NCBI GenBank assembly: GCA_003149935.1
Contig: QAMH01000006.1
Span: forward strand, 497,053 to 561,052
Length of the DNA: 64,000 nt
Source: Coriobacteriia bacterium
GTDB taxonomy: Bacteria; Actinomycetota; Coriobacteriia; Coriobacteriales; QAMH01
Direction of reading: 5' to 3'
The notes under the pieces were generated by a model. That model worked only from the letters and a program-made list of their open reading frames with translations, did not search any database and was not told the origin of the DNA. The stretch's first letter is position 1. Every line of letters begins with the position of its first letter. A program made the translations under genes and the position numbers. Shown one piece after another: positions 9,845-17,305 of this stretch.

Positions 9845-9995
9845 GAAAGCATCCTTTCCAAGGGCGTGAGGTATGAAGCGCATGGCTTCATCGTCAACGA
9901 TTGCACCATACTAGTCAAAAGCGCGAGTTAGTATGGGAAGAGAACGTAAACATGCACCGAATCGTCAGAATTCGCAAATCAGCGGTGCAAATAAG

Positions 9996-10223
9996 CTAGG
10001 GCGCTATGCTCCCTGATGGGTCATCGGCAGCAGGAGATTGCCGTGCCTCGAGCGCCTGCGTAATCCGGAAGAAGAGATCGGAATATTGGAGATAGAGCTC
10101 CTCGTCGGCCTTCTTGTCCTCGAAGATGCGCTTGCCCAACTCGCAATACAGCTCGTCAACCTGACGAGTCAGGTCCTCGGCGCCCATATGTGATGTGTCT
10201 CGATACGTCATATCGACTTTCAT
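9996..10223 (-). CDS. hypothetical small helical protein (start uncertain)
   Basis: The ORF shows high third-position GC, consistent with coding. No recognisable domain (…EDLTRQVDELYCELGKRIFEDKKADEELYLQYSDLFFRITQALEARQ…). None of the candidate starts (10262 TTG, 10223, 10211, 10187 ATG) has a good SD. Divergent from the XRE gene. Confidence 0.4.
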   Translation of the reverse strand: MKVDMTYRDTSHMGAEDLTRQVDELYCELGKRIFEDKKADEELYLQYSDLFFRITQALEARQSPAADDPSGSIAP

Positions 10224-10352
10224 ACACGAAAAAGCTTCTACAGAGCGATATGCAGTGTGCAAAACGCCTTTATCTGCCTTTGCTATAAATCATATACGGT
10301 TTGTTGTTTCTTAGCCCAACGCCCGCATCATGCTATCACATACGCTCAGGAA

Positions 10353-10613
10353 ATGGATTCGCAGGGCCTGCAGAACAGGCGTCTGGTCGGCGCCGCGATC
10401 AACAGATTCAGAGAGGAACAGGGCCTCTCCCTGCGTAAGCTCGCCCACATGGTCGGCATGGACTATGCCTACATCTGCAGCATCGAGGGCGGCAAGGCAA
10501 ATCCCACCCTTGATGCGCTCTCCAAAATCGCATCGGGCCTCGACGTGGAGATCGTCGATCTCTTCACCAGAAACGACGGAGGTCCGGACTACGCGATGAG
10601 CAAGTTGAAATGA
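10353..10613 (+). CDS. XRE-family helix-turn-helix transcriptional regulator
   Basis: 86 aa with a classic HTH_3 pattern (LVGAAINRFREEQGLSLRKLAHMVGMDYAYICSIEGGKANPTLDALSKIASGLDVEIVDLF). Start at internal ATG 10353. Confidence 0.8.
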   Translation: MDSQGLQNRRLVGAAINRFREEQGLSLRKLAHMVGMDYAYICSIEGGKANPTLDALSKIASGLDVEIVDLFTRNDGGPDYAMSKLK

Positions 10614-10671
10614 GGATATGAGAAGTCAAGGGGTTCATGCAATGGCTCGCGTCACGTACTGTCGAAGCTTC

Positions 10672-10819
10672 TGCGCATTTTCCTTGCATGTCTAGGAATT
10701 CTCGCCGTGAATCCTAGACTTTCGTCGAAAATGCGCATGCAGCACCGACAAGCCCTAGACTCTCGGCAAAAATGCGCACGAGACGCCCCGCAATCCTAGA
10801 CTTTCGGCAAAAATGCGCG
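10672..10819. repeat. array of four 25-bp repeats (one inverted, three direct, 41-bp phasing)
   Basis: Direct copies CCTAGACTYTCGKCRAAAATGCGCR at 10713-10737, 10754-10778 and 10795-10819. The inverted copy at 10672-10696 shares both conserved ends (CCTAGAC, AAAATGCGCA) but has a different 8-nt centre. Confidence 0.85.
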
Positions 10820-10930
10820 TCGATAAGGCTCTGCAATACACTACCTTACAGAAGAATCTCGAAACCTAGTAGGAGGCGGACTAGTTGGTTGTGGACTGTT
10901 GGGGCATGGATATCGGGGCTGTCCGTCGAC

Positions 10931-11491
10931 CTAGGCCCAGCCGGCATCAACGTCTCGCGGCGTCTTCCCCTCCTGCAACCGCTTGCTCATCAGGTAATTC
11001 GCAAGCGGCACGCCGTTTCTGACCGCACTGTTCTCGCGCTCGGCCGCATATCCCACATGCTCAAAGAACGGCTTTGCCGTTATCGACGAGAACAATGAAA
11101 CGTGTTCTTTTCCTCGTTCGACCGCCATATGCTCCAGCTCTTCTAGGATGGTGCTCCCTATGCCCTGACCCTGTCTGTCCTTATGCACGAAGAGCATGTC
11201 GACGTCGCCCTTGTCATCCAGACTCCCGAATCCAACGATGATGCCGCGTTCCTTGACGCTGGCCGTCTTCTGCCCCGCAAGTTTCTTGACGATTTGCGCA
11301 CGGTGCTGGTCGTCGCAGGGCGCCCAAGCATCGAGCTGATCGGCTGCGTAGTCGCGAGCGTTGACCGCATGAACCGTGTCGCAAAACAACCGTGCAGCCG
11401 CATCGTAATCGTCGGCAAACAGGGAGTCGACCTCAAGGTCGCCTAAAAGGGTCTTGCCTGTATGGTTTGCTCCACCTATCAGGATGATCAT
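10931..11491 (-). CDS. GNAT-family N-acetyltransferase with an aberrant P-loop-like N-terminus
   Basis: Acetyl-CoA-binding motif A (LFVHKDRQGQGIGSTILEELE) and the typical YafP-like GNAT body. The first 18 aa (MIILIGGANHTGKTLLGD) match Walker A GxxxxGKT but have no NTPase domain behind them. Confidence 0.8.
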   Translation of the reverse strand: MIILIGGANHTGKTLLGDLEVDSLFADDYDAAARLFCDTVHAVNARDYAADQLDAWAPCDDQHRAQIVKKLAGQKTASVKERGIIVGFGSLDDKGDVDMLFVHKDRQGQGIGSTILEELEHMAVERGKEHVSLFSSITAKPFFEHVGYAAERENSAVRNGVPLANYLMSKRLQEGKTPRDVDAGWA

Positions 11492-11676
11492 TCCTCCAAC
11501 CTAGCACCAAGACAAACAAGGATGAGTTAAGCATGATTCGATGTTTTATACTACGCCGTCGAAAGCACATGCAGGTTCTCAACAGCCCACAGGCGACTGA
11601 ATTGGGACGAGGCGAAAAGAAGCCGGGGCTGCAACGATTCGTCCCCACTGCAAACTATTGAGAAGGAAGAAGAGCA

Positions 11677-12135
11677 TTGCCTGATTACTTGAACATTGCA
11701 GAACAGGTATGCATGCTCCGATGCCCGAACAACCGCGATGCCTATCGCGCCTTGCAGTCACTGCAGGAGACAAGCGACTTGGATGATGCCGTCTATGCTC
11801 ATATCGATACCTTCATCGAGATGATGCACGATTCCAGTTCCTATGTTCGGACTCGTGGGCTGACCCTGATCGCCTGCAATGCAAAGTGGGATGAGGCGGG
11901 ACGAATCGATGAGACCATCGACGAATATTTGAATCATGTGACCGACGACAAACCCATCACAGCCCGACAGTGCATCAAATCTCTCCTGAAACTTTCCGAA
12001 GCGAAGCCGCATCTGGTACCGCGCATCGCACCCTCGCTCAGGCACGCCGACATACCGCGATTTGCTGACAGCATGAGGCCGCTCGTCCAGAACGACATAT
12101 GCGATGCACTGCTCGCTCTGGACCCTATGCAATGA
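11677..12135 (+). CDS. hypothetical protein, all-helical HEAT/ARM-like
   Basis: 152-aa ORF with a TTG start preceded by AGGAAG. Helical-repeat-like sequence (SYVRTRGLTLIACNAKWDEAGRIDETIDEYLNHVTDDKPITARQCIKSL). No catalytic motif recognised. Confidence 0.6.
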   Translation: MPDYLNIAEQVCMLRCPNNRDAYRALQSLQETSDLDDAVYAHIDTFIEMMHDSSSYVRTRGLTLIACNAKWDEAGRIDETIDEYLNHVTDDKPITARQCIKSLLKLSEAKPHLVPRIAPSLRHADIPRFADSMRPLVQNDICDALLALDPMQ

Positions 12136-12278
12136 GGCGACATCGGCAAACCCCAGTTCAGCGGTGCATGTAAAGACCTTTTGACATGGCATGGCGCTTC
12201 CAAGCCAACGATGTAAAGCAGTCTTGGTAGTATTTTCTTACCGTAGATGAAAACCTCGTCTCGTGGAAGGAGACGCCT

Positions 12279-12896
12279 GTGGAGCTGCCCGAGCAATTAA
12301 AGGCCAATCGCGAACGTCTAGGACTGTCGCAAGAGGATGTCGCCCATGCGATCTACGTATCGCGCCAGACGATATCCAGCTGGGAGAACGGCAAGACCTA
12401 TCCCGACGTGCAGAGCCTGCTGTTGCTGAGCCAGCTCTTCGGAGTCTCCATAGATGAGCTCGTGAAAGGAGACGTGGTTACGATGAAAGAAATGATTAGC
12501 CGAGATGCTTTGGCAATGGAAAGGTCAAGCTGGGGAGCGGTCTGCGCCGTCTTGGCAGGAGTCGCCTGCATGGTGGGCTGGTGCGATATCTGGCCTGACC
12601 CTTCCTTCATCCCGCATATGTCATGCGGCGCACTTGTCGGTATAGGTCTATTCATCGCGCTCTTCTCGCTGGCTCTGTTCCTCGCGTTTCGGATTGAGCG
12701 AATCAAGAACAAGCATAATCTCGTGACGTACAAGGAGATAAGCGCGTTCATGGACGGAAGAGATGACGTTGCCGAAGACGGCTCTTTCGGGAGAAGACAC
12801 AGATGGCTGAGCAATATGGTGAAGCTTGTTTGCGGTGCCGGTTTCGGTTTGGTCGTCGGGTTCGTGCTCACAGCTATCGTAGCTAGCCTTAATTGA
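12279..12896 (+). CDS. membrane-anchored XRE-family transcriptional regulator
   Basis: GTG start with AAGGAG 6 nt upstream. N-terminal HTH (LKANRERLGLSQEDVAHAIYVSRQTISSWENGKTYPDVQSLLLLSQLFGVSIDELV) followed by three or more hydrophobic TM segments. Confidence 0.8.
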   Translation: MELPEQLKANRERLGLSQEDVAHAIYVSRQTISSWENGKTYPDVQSLLLLSQLFGVSIDELVKGDVVTMKEMISRDALAMERSSWGAVCAVLAGVACMVGWCDIWPDPSFIPHMSCGALVGIGLFIALFSLALFLAFRIERIKNKHNLVTYKEISAFMDGRDDVAEDGSFGRRHRWLSNMVKLVCGAGFGLVVGFVLTAIVASLN

Positions 12897-12965
12897 ACTT
12901 CACCGCGAGCACGGCCGTCCGAGAGTTGTCTGGAGAAAACAGCGCTACGTCCTGCGTCACCTTCG

Positions 12966-13577
12966 CTACGCACCGAGCTCGGCGGTCGTGTACGTGCCAT
13001 AGCCTTCGTAGCGATAGCTCGCGTCGATACCTTTCATGTAGACCTGGCGATCATCGATGCGGTCGGTCAATGCCTCCGCAAGAAGCGCTTTGATCTCGAC
13101 GTCCTTCAAGGGGCTGCGCTCCATCGCGGAGAGGTAGTCTTCCTTGCCCACGCGACTCCAATCCACCACGACGCCGAGCTCACGTCTCAAGATCGCGTCG
13201 AGCCAGATGCGCATGCTCCTACCGTTTCCTTCCCTGAAAGGATGGGCGACGTTCATCTCGACGTATTTCTCGATTATCTCGTCGAAGGTCGATTGCGGCA
13301 TCCTATCTATCGCCGCAAGCGCATCATCGAGATAGAGCACAGAGGCGAAGCGAAAACCGCCTTTTGCGATGTCGACAGTCCGCATCTGACCAGCAAAGTC
13401 GTAGACATCCTGGAAAAGCTGCGCGTGAACTTGCGCAAGACCTGCAAACGTCCCGATTTCGAATTCATCGGACATACCGCTCTCGAAGAGCTCGAGCGCT
13501 CGCATCTTGCTGAGCTTCTCCTCCTCGTGAGCCAACTCAATATCATCTTGTATGCCGAGCTTGTTCTCGAGAGCCAT
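12966..13577 (-). CDS. fic: Fic-family protein adenylyltransferase, class III (self-inhibited) architecture
   Basis: Fic active-site motif HPFREGNGRSMR. The C-terminal SYRYEG matches the inhibitory (S/T)xxxE(G/N) helix motif. About 200 aa, like NmFic and E. coli Fic. Confidence 0.92.
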   Translation of the reverse strand: MALENKLGIQDDIELAHEEEKLSKMRALELFESGMSDEFEIGTFAGLAQVHAQLFQDVYDFAGQMRTVDIAKGGFRFASVLYLDDALAAIDRMPQSTFDEIIEKYVEMNVAHPFREGNGRSMRIWLDAILRRELGVVVDWSRVGKEDYLSAMERSPLKDVEIKALLAEALTDRIDDRQVYMKGIDASYRYEGYGTYTTAELGA

Positions 13578-13645
13578 GCGTTCCTCGTCTTCGAAAAAAA
13601 ACGTCTCGAATGTCCCCTGCAGGTATCATCGAAAGCACGACGAGA

Positions 13646-14545
13646 TTATACCTCTCGTTCGGCCTGGCCACGCTGCGAGAGGACTAGGCCCGCGATGGTG
13701 AGCGCCAACCCGGTGACGATGGGCACGGTGAGTGGCTCGCCCAGCAGGATGATCGAGGCGGTCGCCGTGATGGCGGGGACGAGGTAGATGTACGTCGTCG
13801 AGACCACGGCGCCGAGCCTGCGCACCGCCACGTTCCAGGTTACGAAGCACGCCGCGGAGGCGATTAGTCCCAGGAAAAGCAGATTCGCGAGATTATACCA
13901 GGCAAGCGCCTCGTGCACCGCGAGCAAGTCGCCACCAAGCAAAATGCTCGTCGGGATGATGAAGACGAGACCCCAGAGAAAGGTGCGCTTGGTGGACGCG
14001 ATGGTCTCGTAGCCAAGTTCGCCGATGCGCTTGACAAGCATCGAGTAGACGGCCCAGACGACGGCCGCCAGAAGAGCGAGCAGGTCGCCGAGATATGAGA
14101 GGCCGCCAAAGGCCGACATCGCGTCATCGCCACCCGTGCTCACGCCGACGAGCACGAGACCGCCCATCGCCAATAGAAAGCCGATGACGAAGCGCACGCT
14201 CAGGGCGGAGCGATCCCCGCGCGCCATCGCGATGATCGCCGTGAACAACGGCGAAGCCGCCACGATGACACCCACGGCCGTCGCCGTCGTGAATACGAGC
14301 GCGATGTTCTCGAGCAGGTAATACGCGGCGATGCCCGTCGCCCCGGCAAGGACGAAGAGCCATTCGTGACGACGCTCATGCAAGTGCATGATGCGCGGGC
14401 GTAGAGCGCAGAGTGCAATCGTACCGATGACGAAGCGAATCGCCAGAATCTGCAACGGCGTGAAATCGACGAGGAGCACCTTGGTCGAGACGAAGGTAAG
14501 ACCCCAGACGAGGATGGTGAACAACGCGACGAGATGGTACCTCAC
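13646..14545 (-). CDS. DMT-superfamily (EamA-type) transporter
   Basis: 299 aa with about 10 hydrophobic segments in two EamA-like halves. 4-nt overlap with the upstream AraC gene. Confidence 0.85.
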   Translation of the reverse strand: MRYHLVALFTILVWGLTFVSTKVLLVDFTPLQILAIRFVIGTIALCALRPRIMHLHERRHEWLFVLAGATGIAAYYLLENIALVFTTATAVGVIVAASPLFTAIIAMARGDRSALSVRFVIGFLLAMGGLVLVGVSTGGDDAMSAFGGLSYLGDLLALLAAVVWAVYSMLVKRIGELGYETIASTKRTFLWGLVFIIPTSILLGGDLLAVHEALAWYNLANLLFLGLIASAACFVTWNVAVRRLGAVVSTTYIYLVPAITATASIILLGEPLTVPIVTGLALTIAGLVLSQRGQAEREV

Positions 14546-15375
14546 TGAACGTCGCCCCCGGTAACCATCGCGCGATAGGCAGCGGGCGTCGATCCGATGC
14601 GCTGCCTGAAGGCACGCGTGAGATGGGCCTGGTCGGAAAAGCCGGTTGCGGCCGCCACGTCAGCAGGACTCGCCCCACGGACAAGAAGATCGCGAGCACA
14701 ATCGACCCGCATCGAGAGGAGGTGCTGGGACGGCGTGATGGAAAACTCGCTCTTATACGCCCTGATGAGCGCAAACTCCGAGATTCCCTCCCGCCGTGCG
14801 AGCTCGCCCACCGCGACGGGGTCTGCCATATGGCCACGCAGATAGGCATACGTCCTAAGCGCGGCCTCGCGATTGCGCCGTGGGACCGATGCGATTGATT
14901 CCGCCACACCATCCCTCGAAAGGGCATCTCGCAAGGCGAACAGCGCATCCTCGGCCACGTATCTGTCAGCGGCGCATTCCACGGCATCCGCAAACATCGT
15001 GAACGCATCACGCGCGCCACAGTTTCTCAGAACCGGCCCCGCAAGTTTTGTCGAGCCAAACGCGCGCGCAGGCAAGGCGAAACTGTCGTACGCGAAGGCT
15101 CCTTCCCCACTTTGAACGCATCCGTGTACGTCACCGGGATTGAATACGACGACATCGCCGGGCACAAGCGCATGTGTCTCACCATTGCACTCGAGCGTCC
15201 GCATGCCACGACGAACAAAGCCGATGGCATAATGACTATGTGAATGAGACGCAAACGACTGTAGAAAGCCCTCGTAGGTCCTCCGTTCGCCCTCGATATG
15301 GCGCAGTGGCGTAACCACGCATGAGGGACTCGCTTGCGTCGGGCTGACCGCCTCGCCTTTTCCGATATAAATCAT
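14542..15375 (-). CDS. AraC-family transcriptional regulator (cupin sensor plus HTH)
   Basis: N-terminal cupin-like region (HSHSHYAIGFVRRGMRTLECNGETHALVPGDVVVFNPGDVH) and a C-terminal AraC HTH (ELARREGISEFALIRAYKSEFSITPSQHLLSMRVDCARDLL). Confidence 0.88.
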   Translation of the reverse strand: MIYIGKGEAVSPTQASPSCVVTPLRHIEGERRTYEGFLQSFASHSHSHYAIGFVRRGMRTLECNGETHALVPGDVVVFNPGDVHGCVQSGEGAFAYDSFALPARAFGSTKLAGPVLRNCGARDAFTMFADAVECAADRYVAEDALFALRDALSRDGVAESIASVPRRNREAALRTYAYLRGHMADPVAVGELARREGISEFALIRAYKSEFSITPSQHLLSMRVDCARDLLVRGASPADVAAATGFSDQAHLTRAFRQRIGSTPAAYRAMVTGGDVQ

Positions 15376-15472
15376 GCCGTGCCATTCCAGTCAACACGCT
15401 TGCCATTGCCAATGTCTCGCAAGCATACTGCCATAGCGAGAAACATTCTTGAACATAATTGCGCAGACGAAC

Positions 15473-15501
15473 GAAAAACGCCGCCCCGAATGGGACGGCG
15501 T
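15473..15501 (-). terminator. intrinsic terminator downstream of rpmE
   Basis: On the minus strand, ACGCCGTCCC-attc-GGGGCGGCGT (10-bp stem, one mismatch) followed by TTTTT. Confidence 0.75.
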
Positions 15502-15525
15502 TTCGAGCTTCTTTGGATGCGAGGG

Positions 15526-16023
15526 TTACTCGGCGCTCTCCTCGGCAGTAGCCTCCTCGGTGGCCTGCTCGGCCTCGGCTGCCTCCGCAGCAGCCTCGGC
15601 GACCTCGGACACGCCTTCCTCTTCCTTGGCCTCGTCCTCGGCAGCAGCAGCTTCCTTCTCGGCCTTCTCGGCATCACGAGCGGCTTTCTCGGCGTACTTC
15701 TTGGCGCGCTCTTCCTTGGCGGCCTGCTTGGCAGCGCGCTCCTCGGCGGCCTTGGCGGCCTTCTCGGCGGCGGCAGCCTGCTTGGCGGCCTTCTCGGCTG
15801 CCTTGCGCTCCTTGAGCTGGTCGGCAGCGGAACCGAACTTGTTGGAGAAACGCTGGACGCGTCCGCCGGTATCGACGAACTTCTGCTGGCCCGTGAAGAA
15901 CGGGTGGCACTCGTTGCACAGATCGACGACGAGCTCGGGTTTGGTCGAGCGGGTCTTGAAGGTGTTGCCGCAGCTGCAGCGCACCGTGCACTCGACGTAA
16001 TCGGGATGGATATCGGGTTTCAT
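15526..16023 (-). CDS. rpmE: 50S ribosomal protein L31 (zinc-ribbon type) with a ~95-aa Ala/Glu/Lys-rich C-terminal extension
   Basis: [64 protein letters not shown] is a canonical L31 with CxC...CxxC. It is followed by a low-complexity tail ([25 protein letters not shown]...[10 protein letters not shown]). Confidence 0.93.
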   Translation of the reverse strand: MKPDIHPDYVECTVRCSCGNTFKTRSTKPELVVDLCNECHPFFTGQQKFVDTGGRVQRFSNKFGSAADQLKERKAAEKAAKQAAAAEKAAKAAEERAAKQAAKEERAKKYAEKAARDAEKAEKEAAAAEDEAKEEEGVSEVAEAAAEAAEAEQATEEATAEESAE

Positions 16024-16206
16024 TCTTGCTCCTTTGATGTGCCTTAGTTTCCGACCAAGGCGTGAAACAGTCTAAAGTATGATACCAGCATCTCATACGC
16101 ATAGCCAGACCTTATTTTGCCATATCGCCACATATCGATTTGTTCGCATCGTATTTGGAAAACGGGTGTACCCTTGGGCGAAAGACAACAGACCAAGGAG
16201 CAGGTC

Positions 16207-17220
16207 ATGGTCGAGAGAAGATATCGCTCGTCGCAGCCTCGGCGCCAAACACAATCCCGGCGCGCGCCGCAAACCCAGCATTCGACTCGCACGCGACAGC
16301 CATATCATCAGCAGCACCAGAGAAGCAACTACACGCAGCGTCAGGCGTCACGAGGCTCTTCCAACGCTCGGCCACCCCGCAATCGTTTCCTGCTCGTCAT
16401 CCCCATTCTCGTCATCATCGTGATTGTGTGCATCATCCGCTTCGTCGCCTGCGCACCCGCCAACGAATCCACGCAGAGCATCGCCACTTCCTCCTCCACG
16501 AGCACCGATGTATCTGCAGCCAGCGATCCTGCAGACAATAAGGCGACCGCAATCGCGACTGACCCCCAGGAACGCACCAAGACGAGCGCTAGCGCCAACG
16601 ACGTCAAGCCCACCGAAAGGGTCGTCTACCTCACTTTCGACGACGGGCCCTCGGGACATACCCAACAGATACTCGATACGCTCGACAGCTACGGCATCAA
16701 AGCCACGTGGTTCATCCTCGGCAACACCGGTCACATCGATACGGTCAAGGACATCTGGAATGCCGGTCACCAAGTCGGATTGCATTCCGATGAGCATGAT
16801 TACGATTACATCTACGCGAACGCGGATAACTTCGTCGTCGACATTAACAAAATCGGCTCGGCCGTGAGCGAGCAGATCGGCTTCATGCCAACGCTCATTC
16901 GCTTCCCAGGTGGCAGCGTCAATGGCTACAACGCCGGTCGTTCGGACGCCTTCAAGCAAGCGGCAGCCGACCAGGGTTGGCATTACTTCGACTGGAACGT
17001 GAGCATCGGCGACTCGACCCAACCGCCCGCCCCAGTCGAGGCACTTGTGGAGAACATCAAACGCGAGGCAGAAGGGTGCAACTCCTGCTGCGTGCTCATG
17101 CACGATTCGGACTTCAAACCGACGACGGCCGATGCACTGCCGCAAATCATCGATTACTTCAAATCCCAGGGATACAGCTTTGACATCCTGACGGCGGATA
17201 GCTTCGGATACCATTTCTAG
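16207..17220 (+). CDS. polysaccharide deacetylase (NodB homology domain), membrane-anchored
   Basis: VYLTFDDGPSGHT motif and HSDEHDY. The N-terminus is an Arg/Gln-rich cytoplasmic segment followed by one TM (FLLVIPILVIIVIVCII). Start at internal ATG 16207. Confidence 0.85.
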   Translation: MVERRYRSSQPRRQTQSRRAPQTQHSTRTRQPYHQQHQRSNYTQRQASRGSSNARPPRNRFLLVIPILVIIVIVCIIRFVACAPANESTQSIATSSSTSTDVSAASDPADNKATAIATDPQERTKTSASANDVKPTERVVYLTFDDGPSGHTQQILDTLDSYGIKATWFILGNTGHIDTVKDIWNAGHQVGLHSDEHDYDYIYANADNFVVDINKIGSAVSEQIGFMPTLIRFPGGSVNGYNAGRSDAFKQAAADQGWHYFDWNVSIGDSTQPPAPVEALVENIKREAEGCNSCCVLMHDSDFKPTTADALPQIIDYFKSQGYSFDILTADSFGYHF

Positions 17221-17305
17221 CCTACGATAGTCTCTCGGAGCAAGAAGAAACGCCCTGACTCGCGAAGAGCCGGGGCGTCATCACCAGATATGTGCAAGAA
17301 ACAGC

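Noticed and set aside
10672-10819. Possible mini-CRISPR array, also considered for 3213-3536
   Set aside because: There are only 3 direct units with 16-nt spacers, one unit is inverted, and the repeats are not internally palindromic in the CRISPR manner. No cas genes or leader are present. The 3213-3536 units are contiguous with no spacers.
9885-13645. Prophage, ICE, or toxin-antitoxin/defence island interpretation of the accessory islet
   Set aside because: There is no integrase, recombinase, transposase, tRNA/att site, or phage structural or replication gene. The GNAT has no adjacent antitoxin-type partner and the Fic is self-inhibited class III. I kept only the weaker claim that this is an AT-richer accessory segment.
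16348-17214. 288-aa minus-strand ORF opposite the polysaccharide deacetylase gene
   Set aside because: It is antisense to a gene with clear NodB motifs, and its product is low-complexity with no motif.
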